DNA of 35,272 nucleotides from an uncultured Ruminococcus sp. (GTDB taxonomy: Bacteria; Bacillota; Clostridia; Oscillospirales; CAG-382): contig CAYOCM010000004.1 in assembly GCA_964402515.1 (NCBI GenBank), positions 1 to 35,272 of the forward strand, in the 5' to 3' direction. The notes under the pieces are model-generated. The model searched no databases, was not told the DNA's origin, and worked only from the letters and a program-made list of their open reading frames with translations. Shown here piece after piece: positions 7,365-18,200 of this stretch (position 1 is its first letter; each line of letters begins with the position of its first letter). Made by a program: the position numbers and the translations under genes.

Positions 7365-8200
7365 TCTCCGATTACCGCAAGCAGCTCAGAAAAAAACTTG
7401 TTGAATTATCGCCTCAAGAGGGCGACGTAATGACTGATATACTTATGTGTGAGGCACTCGGTGTTTCGCGCGGAGTGTTTTATACCAATCTGCTTGCCGA
7501 CATGCCGATATCCGCCGCAGAACGCATTAACGGTTATGTTGCCGATCTTATGACCGGTATACCTTTGCAGTATGTCCTCGGCAAATGCCATTTTTACGGT
7601 TGCGAAATAAAAGTGGGGCAGGGGTGCTTTATACCGCGCAGCGATACCGAAGTCATAGTCAAGACCGCGCTTGCCGCGTTGCCCGTCGGTGGCAGATTTG
7701 CCGACATATGCTCGGGCAGCGGATGTATTCCTCTTGCAATAGTCAGTCAAAAACCTACCGCAAGCGGCGTTGCGCTTGAACTTTCGCGCAAGGCGCTGCC
7801 TTATACCGAGTATAATCTTAAAGATAAGAACGTAAATGTTATCAGATTCGACGCATTGGACGAAGACGATTATACAGAACTTGCCAAGAACGAAGGACTG
7901 TTTGATGTTGTTACCTGCAACCCGCCGTATATACCCACGGACGATATACCGATGCTGTCGACCGAGGTTCTTTGCGAGCCCGAATCGGCACTTGACGGCG
8001 GCGAGGACGGATTGCGGTATTATCGCATCATCACATCGCTTTTGCCGCACATTTTAAAACACGACGGCACCGTCGTTTATGAGGTCGGATACGACCAGGC
8101 ATCTGCCGTAAGCGAAATACTTAAAAATGCGGGATTTGTCGTCGGCACCGCTAAAGATATGGGCGGCATAGATCGCTGTGTATTTGCAAAAAGATGTTGA
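7358..8200 (+). CDS. prmC: Release factor glutamine N5-methyltransferase
   Basis: PLQYVLG, FIPRSDTE, DICSGSGCI, NPPY, EPESALDGGEDGL. Confidence 0.95.
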   Translation: MLISDYRKQLRKKLVELSPQEGDVMTDILMCEALGVSRGVFYTNLLADMPISAAERINGYVADLMTGIPLQYVLGKCHFYGCEIKVGQGCFIPRSDTEVIVKTALAALPVGGRFADICSGSGCIPLAIVSQKPTASGVALELSRKALPYTEYNLKDKNVNVIRFDALDEDDYTELAKNEGLFDVVTCNPPYIPTDDIPMLSTEVLCEPESALDGGEDGLRYYRIITSLLPHILKHDGTVVYEVGYDQASAVSEILKNAGFVVGTAKDMGGIDRCVFAKRC

Positions 8201-8225
8201 CAAATATAAAAAGCTGTACTATTAT
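8197..8225 (+). promoter_or_regulatory. SigmaA-type promoter at the head of the trmH-like to rdgB run
   Basis: TTGACA (8197-8202), 17 nt spacer, TATTAT (8220-8225). Confidence 0.65.
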
Positions 8226-8278
8226 TATTTATTACAATATTGTACGGTTTTTTATTTTTTAGTAAAGGAGCACCGAGC

Positions 8279-9091
8279 ATGACCGATATCGCATTCAATT
8301 TTGCCGCAACAAAACGAATAGATTCACGCGATAACCGCGAGGTCAAACTTGTATGTTCGCTTGCGGACAAGAAATATCGTGATCGCGAGCGATTATTCTG
8401 CTTTGAGGGTGCTCATTTGCTTGAAGATTACCTTGCCGCAGATCTGGTGCCCGAGCGCGTTTATTTTACCGACCGCGCCGCATCAAAATACGACAAACTT
8501 ATGCGCGCCGTCGGCAATGCCGCTGTGCTCGTAAGCGACACGGTTTATGATAAAATGACGTTTGAAAAAGCTCCTCAGGGCATAATGACGCTTTCAAAAC
8601 GGTTGTCGAACATCAATTTAGGTTTCAGCGATATGTCGGGCGGCTCGGTCATTGCGGCTTCCGTGCGCGATGCCGGCAATCTCGGCACGGTACTGCGCAC
8701 GGCAAATGCATTCGGCATACGCGAGGTCGTCTGTTCAAACGACTGCGCCGATGTATACGGGCCGAAAACAGTCAGGGCCGCTATGGGTGCTTTATTCAGG
8801 CAGCACATAACGGTCAGCGACGATATACGGCTTGAGGTGACACGGCGCACACAAAACGGACATTGCGTTTATGCCGCAGTTTTAAATCAAAATGCCGTTA
8901 CGCTTTCGGACGGTGTTTTGTCGGCCGATGATTCGGTTATCATAGGCAACGAGGGGCAGGGGATACCCGATGAAATAGCGTCGCTTGCAACGCGTTCGCT
9001 GATTATCCCTATGCAAAAAGGTTGCGAGAGTCTTAATGCTTCGGCTGCCGCTACCGTGCTTATGTGGGAGATGCGGAGGGCACGCCGATGA
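8279..9091 (+). CDS. TrmH/SpoU family RNA 2'-O-methyltransferase
   Basis: DAGNLGTVLRTA, IIGNEGQG, IPM..ESLNAS (SPOUT motifs); ATG 8279 behind AAAGGAG. Confidence 0.92.
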   Translation: MTDIAFNFAATKRIDSRDNREVKLVCSLADKKYRDRERLFCFEGAHLLEDYLAADLVPERVYFTDRAASKYDKLMRAVGNAAVLVSDTVYDKMTFEKAPQGIMTLSKRLSNINLGFSDMSGGSVIAASVRDAGNLGTVLRTANAFGIREVVCSNDCADVYGPKTVRAAMGALFRQHITVSDDIRLEVTRRTQNGHCVYAAVLNQNAVTLSDGVLSADDSVIIGNEGQGIPDEIASLATRSLIIPMQKGCESLNASAAATVLMWEMRRARR

Positions 9092-10269
9092 AACAGCAGA
9101 TATATGCCGTTTGGTTGCAGTTGTGCTGCGGTATCCCGTCGCCGCTGATAAAAAAACTCATAAACGCCTATGGCGGACTTGAAAACATCTATAACGAGCG
9201 CGAATATGCGGGTTTTGATACATCGACGCCCGTGTTTGACGCACTTTTAAAAAAGAATGTAAGTGAAGCCGAACGCATAGTAAGGCTTTGCCGCGCTCGC
9301 AATATTGATATCATTACTTGCGAAGACAAATTGTTCCCGCGCGGAATAGCGGCATTGCGCAAGATGCCTGCCTGCATATACTGTGTAGGCAAAAGCGACG
9401 TGCTTGCAAATATCTCCGCTGCCATAGTCGGTTCACGCGAGGCATCGGATATAGGCAAGCGATCGGCGTTTAACCTTGCCAAAACTCTCTCCGACAACGG
9501 CATAACAGTTATCAGCGGTATGGCTCGCGGTATTGACGCTGCCGCGCATCTCGGCGCGTTAAAAGGCAAAGCGGGTACCGTAGCGGTATTCGGCACGGCG
9601 ATAGATAATCCGTATCCGAAAGACAATATACCGCTTTATGAAGAGATAATAAGAGGCGGGTGCGCCATATCCGAGATACCTCCGGGTATGAAAATCAGCA
9701 AATGGAATTTTGCCGAGCGCAACAGGCTTATCAGCGCGCTTGCACATATCGTAATGGTCGGAGAATCGCGCAGCGGCAGCGGAGCGCTTATAACCGCCAA
9801 ATATGCCGGTGAGCAGGGCAAGCAAGTCATTTGTCTGCCTATATTGCCCAACGACGGTTTTGCCGGTACTATTTCACTTGCCGAGAGCGGAGCACATGTG
9901 TTGACCGGGCTTGACGACGCCATAGCGTTGTTTGAACGCGATATGCCGCGTAAAACCTCGCAAAGCAAGTCAAAGACTTATTCTGTGCGTCAAGTAAGCC
10001 TTGACGATATACAGCCTGCGTATACCCATGCAAAGCAATCGGCCGCAAAACCCGATTCGGTACCGTATAAACCGACCGATAAGCAAACCGACCCGCATTC
10101 GCTTTCGGCACGCATATTAAGCACGCTTGACGCAAAGCAGGCACTGTCGGTCAACCAGATCATCAGAATTCTGCAACAGGATTCGGGCAGCATAATGGCA
10201 GAGATGACTCTGCTCGAACTGTCGGGCAAGATAAAACGTCTGCCCGGCGATAGATATCAGTTAAGTTAG
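9088..10269 (+). CDS. dprA: DNA-processing protein DprA (Smf)
   Basis: AIVGSR, ISGMARGIDAAAH, FAERNRLISAL, SGALITA, C-terminal winged helix; ATG 9088 overlaps the upstream TGA. Confidence 0.95.
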   Translation: MKQQIYAVWLQLCCGIPSPLIKKLINAYGGLENIYNEREYAGFDTSTPVFDALLKKNVSEAERIVRLCRARNIDIITCEDKLFPRGIAALRKMPACIYCVGKSDVLANISAAIVGSREASDIGKRSAFNLAKTLSDNGITVISGMARGIDAAAHLGALKGKAGTVAVFGTAIDNPYPKDNIPLYEEIIRGGCAISEIPPGMKISKWNFAERNRLISALAHIVMVGESRSGSGALITAKYAGEQGKQVICLPILPNDGFAGTISLAESGAHVLTGLDDAIALFERDMPRKTSQSKSKTYSVRQVSLDDIQPAYTHAKQSAAKPDSVPYKPTDKQTDPHSLSARILSTLDAKQALSVNQIIRILQQDSGSIMAEMTLLELSGKIKRLPGDRYQLS

Positions 10270-10283
10270 CGAGGCTTATTTTT

Positions 10284-12515
10284 ATGAACACATTGGTAAT
10301 AGTAGAGTCACCTACTAAGGCGGCGACAATAAAAGGATTTTTGGGCAAGGGATATAAAGTCACCGCGTCAAAAGGTCATGTTCGCGACCTGCCCAAAAGC
10401 AAACTCGGCATAGATATTGAGCATGATTTTGCACCGCAGTATATCAATATCCGCGGCAAAGGCGACCTTATATCCGACCTGCGCAAAGAGGTCAAAAAGG
10501 CCGACCGCGTATTATTGGCAACCGACCCAGATCGCGAAGGCGAGGCTATATCTTGGCATCTTGCGGCGGTTTTGGGCATAGATCCCGCCGATTCGTGCCG
10601 CATATCTTTTAACGAGATCACAAAGCGTTCGCTTAAAGAAGCAGTAAAAAATCCGCGCCCCATCGATATCAATCTTGTTGATGCGCAACAAGCGCGCCGT
10701 ATACTTGACAGGCTTGTCGGATACCAAATATCTCCGTTTTTGTGGAAAAAAATCAAAAGCGGACTTTCGGCAGGCAGAGTACAGTCTGTTACCACGCGTA
10801 TGATAGTAGAGCGCGAGCAAGAGATACAAAATTTTGTGCCCGAAGAATATTGGGTTATAACCGTTTTGTTGCAAAAGCAAGACGGCAAAACATTTGAAGC
10901 AAAATTTTACGGCAGAGGTGCCCAAAAACTTGAACTGCACGATCAAGCCGCCGCTATGGATGTTGTCAATGTCGCAACGCGCGAATCGTTTACAGTCGGT
11001 GAGATACGCAACGCAGTCCGCATGCGAAAGCCGCAACCTCCGTTTATAACATCTACTTTACAGCAAGAGGCAAACCGCAAACTTTCGTTCCAATCACAAC
11101 GTACTATGATGATAGCGCAAGAGCTTTATGAGGGCGTTTCGCTTGGCGATAAGTCGTCGCATGGCCTTATTACCTATATGCGAACCGATTCACTGCGCAT
11201 TTCCGATGAGGCTCGCGCAGCCGCAAAAGAATATATCTGCGGCAAATACGGCAACGATTATTATCCCAAAACTCCCAATATATACCGCTCACGCAAAAAT
11301 GCGCAAGACGCTCACGAAGCAATAAGACCTTCTGATCCGTCGCTTACTCCCGATATGATAAAAAACAAAGTGTCGGCAGACCAATACAAGCTGTATAAAC
11401 TTATATGGGACAGATTTATGGCTTCACAGATGGCACCTGCTGTTATCGATACCGTTTCTGCCGATATCAATTGCGGTGAATACACATTCAGAGCCGGCGG
11501 CCAAAGCATTAGGTTCGGCGGCTATCTTACCTTGTATGATGACAGCGAAGCGGACGATGACGGTGCTTCGTCGCGTCTGCCGGAACTTATCACCGGTGAA
11601 TCGCTCATAAAACAGAATATCAAGCCCGAGCAAAAATTTACTCAGCCTCCGCAAAGGTTTACCGAGGGTTCGCTTATAAAAATGCTTGAAGAAAAAGGCA
11701 TAGGCCGACCGTCAACATATACCCCTACGATAACTACCGTTATTTCAAGAGGATATGTAAAACGCGAGGGCAAGTCGCTTGTTCCCACAGAACTCGGTTT
11801 TATAACGACCAACTTGATGAAAGATGCTTTTGCCAACATCGTAGATTATAACTTTACCGCGCAGATGGAGGATGACCTCGATCGCGTCGAAAACGGCGAA
11901 AACGATTATATATCCGTTTTAAATGAGTTTTATGCCGAATTTTCAAAAGAACTTGCTGACGCCGAAACAAAATTGCAAGGTACCCGTATAGAATTGCCCA
12001 AGGTCGAAACCGGCATCATATGCGAAAAGTGCGGTGCAATGATGATAGAGCGTATGGGGCGTTTCGGAAAATTTGCGGCTTGCCCGAATTACCCCGCTTG
12101 CCGTAATACCAAGCCGCTTGTTGACGGTAAAAAGATCGACGAACATTCGTCAAAACCCGTGCAAGAGGTGATTTCGGATGAAAAATGTCCCAAATGCGGC
12201 GGAGACCTTGTAATGCGCACGGGTGCTTCCGGCTCGTTCTTTGCCTGCAAAAATTATCCCAAATGCAAATATACCGTATCTATAAGGCGCGAGAGCGGCG
12301 CTTTGTGCCCCGTTTGCGGCAAAAAGGTGCTTATAAGGCAAACAAAAACCAAACGATCGTTTTATGTGTGTGAAGATTATCCCACTTGCGAATTCAGAGA
12401 ATGGTATATCCCGGCGGGCGAGACTTGCCCCAAATGCGGCGGATATATGCTAAAGAAAAACGGAAACACCGTTTTTTGCAAAAATTGCGATCATAGCGAG
12501 AGGTCGGAGAAATGA
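10284..12515 (+). CDS. topA: DNA topoisomerase I (type IA) with four C-terminal zinc ribbons
   Basis: LVIVESPTKA, ATDPDREGE, SAGRVQS, LITYMRTDS, AHEAIRP, GIGRPSTY, CxxC repeats. Confidence 0.98.
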   Translation: MNTLVIVESPTKAATIKGFLGKGYKVTASKGHVRDLPKSKLGIDIEHDFAPQYINIRGKGDLISDLRKEVKKADRVLLATDPDREGEAISWHLAAVLGIDPADSCRISFNEITKRSLKEAVKNPRPIDINLVDAQQARRILDRLVGYQISPFLWKKIKSGLSAGRVQSVTTRMIVEREQEIQNFVPEEYWVITVLLQKQDGKTFEAKFYGRGAQKLELHDQAAAMDVVNVATRESFTVGEIRNAVRMRKPQPPFITSTLQQEANRKLSFQSQRTMMIAQELYEGVSLGDKSSHGLITYMRTDSLRISDEARAAAKEYICGKYGNDYYPKTPNIYRSRKNAQDAHEAIRPSDPSLTPDMIKNKVSADQYKLYKLIWDRFMASQMAPAVIDTVSADINCGEYTFRAGGQSIRFGGYLTLYDDSEADDDGASSRLPELITGESLIKQNIKPEQKFTQPPQRFTEGSLIKMLEEKGIGRPSTYTPTITTVISRGYVKREGKSLVPTELGFITTNLMKDAFANIVDYNFTAQMEDDLDRVENGENDYISVLNEFYAEFSKELADAETKLQGTRIELPKVETGIICEKCGAMMIERMGRFGKFAACPNYPACRNTKPLVDGKKIDEHSSKPVQEVISDEKCPKCGGDLVMRTGASGSFFACKNYPKCKYTVSIRRESGALCPVCGKKVLIRQTKTKRSFYVCEDYPTCEFREWYIPAGETCPKCGGYMLKKNGNTVFCKNCDHSERSEK

Positions 12516-13507
12516 AGATTGCACTTGATATGCTTTGCGGCGACAACGCCCCCAACGCGATGATAGAGGGTGCTTTGGCAGCCGTTGCGGCAGATACTGC
12601 GCTTGAGGTCGTTTTGGTCGGTGATAAAAGCACTGCGGCAAAAGTTATAGGTTTGCGTTCTGTCGAGCGGATATCCGTCTGTCAGGCCGACGAAGCCATC
12701 AGCATGACAGATCCTCCGTCTGCCGTTATGAAGGAAAAATCAAACAGTTCTATGGCCATAGCGGCCAGATTGCTTAAAGACGGCAAAGTTGATGCTATGG
12801 TCAGTGCCGGTAATACGGGTGCGTTGTTTACTGTTTCATCGCTTGTTGTCAGGCGCATCAAAGGTGTGAGACGTGCCGCTATAGGCACTATATTGCGCTT
12901 TGATAATCCCGTTTTACTTTTGGATATGGGAGCAAACCTTGACGCGACACCCGATATTCTAGACCTTTACGGTCGCATGGGATCTGTTTATGTAAGCCGT
13001 ATGCTCGGCATCGGCAGTCCGCGCGTAGCTTTGCTCAATAACGGTGCCGAAGAAACCAAAGGCACAGAACTGTATACCTCGGCTCATGCCATAATGCGTC
13101 AGGATCACTCGATTAATTTTGTAGGCAACTGCGAAGCAAATATGATAACGCAAAATTTTTGCGATGTTGTGGTTTGCGACGGCTTTTCGGGCAATATAAC
13201 GCTTAAAACGCTTGAGGGAGCATCAAAGTTTATTTTGGGAAAAGTAAAGCATGTCTTTAAAGATTCTCTTCCCGGCAATATAGCGGGACTTATGATGAAA
13301 CCGAGTATCGTAAAACTTAAAAACAGTTTTGATCCTAAAGAATACGGCGGCGCACCGTTTTTGGGTATATCCAAACCGGTTATAAAAGCTCACGGAAATT
13401 CGGATGTGCGTGCCATTGCCGTTGCGCTCAGACAGGCAAAACTGTATGCCGAAAGCGGCGCTGTAAAAGCAATTGCCGATAATATCTCTGTTTTGGGGGA
13501 ATGTTAG
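12512..13507 (+). CDS. plsX: Phosphate acyltransferase PlsX
   Basis: IALDMLCGDNAP, VSAGNTGA, LLDMGAN, VVVCDGFSGNITLK, VIKAHGNS. Confidence 0.96.
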   Translation: MKIALDMLCGDNAPNAMIEGALAAVAADTALEVVLVGDKSTAAKVIGLRSVERISVCQADEAISMTDPPSAVMKEKSNSSMAIAARLLKDGKVDAMVSAGNTGALFTVSSLVVRRIKGVRRAAIGTILRFDNPVLLLDMGANLDATPDILDLYGRMGSVYVSRMLGIGSPRVALLNNGAEETKGTELYTSAHAIMRQDHSINFVGNCEANMITQNFCDVVVCDGFSGNITLKTLEGASKFILGKVKHVFKDSLPGNIAGLMMKPSIVKLKNSFDPKEYGGAPFLGISKPVIKAHGNSDVRAIAVALRQAKLYAESGAVKAIADNISVLGEC

Positions 13508-13508
13508 A

Positions 13509-14234
13509 GTGAATGAGTGTAAAGTACACAATTATATCGAATTGCAAAAAGCAATAGGATATACATTTAAAAATATTTCGTTGCTTATAAACGCTCTTAT
13601 GCATTCATCGTATACAAACGAAACGCACCGTCCCAAGAGTGACTGCAACGAGCGACTCGAATTTTTGGGCGACAGTGTGCTGTCTATAATTGTCAGCGAT
13701 TACATATACCGTGACTTAAAACGGTGCGATGAGGGCGGCTTGACGCGTTTGCGCGCCGCGGTTGTTTGCGAAGATGCGTGTTTTCGCATGGCGTGTGATA
13801 TAGAGCTCGGTGAATATATGTATTTCGGCCACGGTGAAAGGCTTACTCACGGCAATAAACGCAAAAGCATTCTCGCAGACGCTTTTGAAGCACTGCTTGC
13901 GGCCATATATCTTGACGGCGGGATGATAGCGGCGCGTGATTTTATTTTGCCTCGCATAATTCCGCTCATAGATGAATGCAGCGACAGCCGCAACGAAGAT
14001 TATAAATCGCTTTTGCAGCGCATAGTGCAAGAAACTCCCGAAGAAATACTTACATACGAACTTGTACGTGAAGACGGACCTCCGCACGACCGCATATTTA
14101 CCATGCGTGTTATGCTTAATTCAAATCAACTGGGCGTCGGCAAAGGCAGATCAAAGCGAGAGGGAGAACAAAACGCCGCTTGTATGGCACTTATAACTTT
14201 GGGTGTGATAAAAGATGAAAAAGCGACATCATAA
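13509..14234 (+). CDS. rnc: Ribonuclease III
   Basis: NERLEFLGDSVL, ADAFEALLAAIYLDGG, C-terminal dsRBD; start set at GTG 13509 after the plsX stop. Confidence 0.96.
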   Translation: MNECKVHNYIELQKAIGYTFKNISLLINALMHSSYTNETHRPKSDCNERLEFLGDSVLSIIVSDYIYRDLKRCDEGGLTRLRAAVVCEDACFRMACDIELGEYMYFGHGERLTHGNKRKSILADAFEALLAAIYLDGGMIAARDFILPRIIPLIDECSDSRNEDYKSLLQRIVQETPEEILTYELVREDGPPHDRIFTMRVMLNSNQLGVGKGRSKREGEQNAACMALITLGVIKDEKATS

Positions 14235-15231
14235 CTTGCCGTTTTTTGTGCCTCATGCGGGTTGTCCGTGCCTGTGCGTCTACTGTTCTCAGGGCAAGAT
14301 AACCGGCATGGGCGACAAAGAACGCGACCTTGATGACGAACTGTCGGAACTTAGAGCATTGCTTGATGCGGCCATACCGGATACAAATAATCAACTTGCT
14401 TTTTTTGGCGGCAGTTTTACGGCAATAGAAGGTTATCGCAGACTGGCATTACTAAAAACCGCAAACGAATATTTGCGTCGCGGCGTAATCGGCAGCATAC
14501 GCATTTCTACCCGTCCCGACTGCATAAACGCGGATATACTTGACGAATTAGCTTATTACGGCGTCAAGTCGATAGAACTCGGTGTTCAAAGCATCGATGA
14601 CCGTGTGCTGACGCTTTCCGGCAGAGGCTGTACTGCGTCGGATTGCAAACAAGGTTGTCTTGCCGTATCAAACGACGGCCGTTTTGAACTCGGCGGACAG
14701 ATGATGATAGGATTGCCCGGCGCCGATGCCTGCAGCGAGATTGCAACGGCAAAAGCAATAGTCGGATTCGGTGCTTTAGAGGCAAGAATATATCCCACTG
14801 CCGTATTTTGCGATACACCGCTTTACGATATGACACTGTGCGGTGAATATACACCGCTTACACTTGACGACGCGGTCGAAAGAGCCGCGCTGTGTGCCGA
14901 AATCTTTATCGATGCGGGATTAAAACTTTTGCGCACCGGCTTGCACGCGAGCCCTGAATTAAAGCAGGCACCGTTCGGCGCAAACCATCCCGCAATAGGC
15001 GAATTGGTCATGGGACGCGTATATCAAAAACGCATAGAGCGTATTCTTGACGATACTTACTGTGAAAATAAAAAAATCATCATCACGATTCCTTGCGGTG
15101 ATATCTCAAAACTAAAAGGACACGGCGGTGAGCCGATCACTTATTTAAAAAACAAATATCATCCGTCGGATGTCACGGTTATTCAAGGTGATATGCCTTA
15201 TATGACTCCGAGGGTGGAAGTGAAGGAATAA
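14215..15231 (+). CDS. Radical SAM protein (Elp3-related family commonly found downstream of rnc)
   Basis: FVPHAGCPCLCVYC (CxxxCxxC), AFFGGSFT, IRISTRPD, IELGVQS, MIGLPG. Confidence 0.9.
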   Translation: MKKRHHNLPFFVPHAGCPCLCVYCSQGKITGMGDKERDLDDELSELRALLDAAIPDTNNQLAFFGGSFTAIEGYRRLALLKTANEYLRRGVIGSIRISTRPDCINADILDELAYYGVKSIELGVQSIDDRVLTLSGRGCTASDCKQGCLAVSNDGRFELGGQMMIGLPGADACSEIATAKAIVGFGALEARIYPTAVFCDTPLYDMTLCGEYTPLTLDDAVERAALCAEIFIDAGLKLLRTGLHASPELKQAPFGANHPAIGELVMGRVYQKRIERILDDTYCENKKIIITIPCGDISKLKGHGGEPITYLKNKYHPSDVTVIQGDMPYMTPRVEVKE

Positions 15232-18200
15232 ATGAAACTCAAATCGATTGAAATGCAAGGCTTTAAGTCTTTTCCCGACCGTACGGTCATGGAGTTTAAA
15301 GGCGGTTTGACTTGCATAATAGGCCCCAACGGCAGCGGAAAATCAAATATATCCGACGCGGTGCGCTGGGTACTCGGTGAAATGAAAATGAAAAGCCTCA
15401 GAGGCTCTAAGATGGAAGACGTCATTTTTTCGGGTGCGGGCGATAGACCGCCGGCAAACTGCGCTACCGTTTCATTGGTGCTTGATACAAGCGAAGAATA
15501 TCTTGCCGCGCAGGCGGGAATAACCGATATTATAGAAACTGACGGCGAAGATGACGGCAAACGCAAAAAAGCTATGCGAATATCCGATTTCAGCGAGGTT
15601 GTCATCACACGTAAATACTATCGCAGCGGCGAGAGTGAGTATTATATCAACAAGCAACAGACCAGATTGCGCGATATTTATGAAATGTTTTACGATACGG
15701 GCATAGGCCGCGAGGGGTATTCTGTTATCGGACAGGGCAAAATATCAGAGATACTGTCCCAAAAGGCAGACGAACGTCGCAGTGTGTTTGAAGAAGCCGC
15801 CGGAATATCGCGTTTCAGGGCACGCAAAGAAGAATCCGAACGCAAACTTGCCGAAGTAAAAAACAATTTGGATCGCGCCAATGATATACTGACCGAAGTT
15901 ACCTCCCAACTTGAACCTTTGCGCAAGCAGGCCGAAGATGCGCGTGAATATTTAACGCTCGGCGACCAAAAACGCGGCATAGAACTTACATTATGGCTTG
16001 ATAAGATAGACAACCTGCGTCAAAAACGCCTAGAATGCGGTGAGGCGCTTGCCGCGGCACGGCTTGAACTTGATTCGGTCGAGTCAAAAGCGGCATTTCT
16101 TGAGTCAAAACTTGACGAACTTATGCGTCGCTCGGGTGATGAATCACGCATGATAAGCGAAGCGGAATCTCAAAAAAGCGATGCCGAAAGATACAGAGCC
16201 GATCTTTCGTCGCAACTTGCCGTTTGTTTGCGTGAGATAGAGCATTGCGAAAGCGCGGTGAAACTAGCCGAACAGACCGCTTTAAATATGCAAAATGATA
16301 TCGAGGCAACAGAAGACCTTTTGCATGGCGCTTCCGAAGCGCTTCTGGTTTTGCTGCGCGAGCGCAACGATGCTCAAGCAAATGCAGAACGAGCAAGAAA
16401 CGATTACGAAGCAAAAGAAAGTGCACTTACGGCTCTTACGGAACGTGAAACCGCCGCTAACGATGCCTGCACCGATGCGTTGCAAACGCTTGGCAGAATA
16501 TCAGAGTCTGTTGCGGCTGTAAATGCCGAAGCCGAATCGTTGGCAAGATCAAGACAAGAGAGCAATGAAAAAATATCGCGTTCAAAGCAAAGATGTGAGG
16601 TGCTTGAGGCAGATCTCGCCAACGCACGTCTTGCTGCCGACTCAAAGCAAAAAGAACTTTGCGATGCCGTCAACAGGCAAAACGAACTTGATTTTGATCG
16701 TGCATCGTTGCTTGACAATATAAAAAAGGCAAAAGAGGTCGAGACAGCCGAGCGTATATCGCTTACCGCAAAAGAACAGCGTCGCGAACACTTAAGACAA
16801 CTCGAAAAATTGCTTACCGGCTATTCAGAGGGAGTTAAAACCGTTGTAGGCGCTTCGTCGGAAGGCAAAATTGTTTCCAAAAAAGGCAAGGTCGACATTA
16901 AAGGCCTTGTGTCAACATTACTTTCCTCAAAAGGCAAATATGTTACGGCACTTGAAACAGCTTTGCAGTCGTCGGTACAGTTTATAGTGGTAGGGGACGA
17001 GGATGATGCGCGCGCCTGCATAGATTATCTAAAAAAATACGGTGGCGGCAAGGCAACATTTTTGCCGTTGACTTCGGTCAAAGGCCGCCGATCGGATGTC
17101 GGTGCCATAAAGTCTATGGACGGCTTTGTCGGTATTGCGTCTGATCTCGCGGTGTTTGATCCTGTGTATGCCGGCATAGCGGATGAGTTGCTCGGCAGAA
17201 CAGTTGTTGCCGAAAATCTCGAAAAAGCCGCTGCAATGGCTCGCACGCTCAGGTTTTCGGTCAGATTTGTCACGCTTGACGGCCAGATGATCAATGCGGG
17301 CGGATCGTATACGGGCGGTTCCGTATCCGGTAAGACAGGGCTTTTTACACGTGCTCACGATATCGAAGCGCTCGGCGCCGAGATAAAACAAAGCAATAAC
17401 AGACTTATAGATATAAACAGACAGATTATGTCTTATGAAGAGCGTGTGTCGCAGATTGATGCAGAACTTTCGACACTTGAGGAAGATACCGAATCACGCC
17501 GCAACGCCTTTGATGAGGCAAGCCGAGAATTATCTGCATGCGCTGCACGCCTTGAAGAAGAAAACGCACATCTTTCATCTCTTGTCACGGCATCTCAAAG
17601 CAGCACCGATGCCGACGCTGTCGAGTCGAAAATCGCGACACTTGCCGCAGAACGCGCATCGGCAGCGGCCGAACTTGATGAAAAACGTGCTTTGCTCGAC
17701 TCTGTAAGAGCCGAGATCACGGCGGCACGTGTACAATCGGTTGCGGCATATGAAGCGTCCGGGCTTGCGCTTGAGGCATATTTTGAAAAATTAAATGCAT
17801 ATGACGCTCAAAACCGCTCGGTCGAGGCGTTAAGAGAACGCATTTCGGCAGCCGAAGCGCGACGTGACGAGGCACAAAACGAGCGTCAATCCGCGCTTTT
17901 GCTTATCGACGGCAAAAGATCTCAGGCGTCGGAACTCGAAACAAAAGTTGCCGAAGCATCGCAAAATGCTCAAAGCGCAAGCAAGCGCATGGCTGAGTTG
18001 CTTTCATCACGTGAGACGATAGAGGCAGAGACATCCGCGACACGCGCCGAATTGCGCATAGTTCAGTCAGAACGCGACGAAGCATTTCGCAATCACTCAT
18101 TGCACGAAACGACTTGCAACCGCATAGAAGAAGAAATCGAACTCATATCGTCAAAGATGTGGGACGGTTACGAACTTACATATTCCGCAGCACAGCAATA

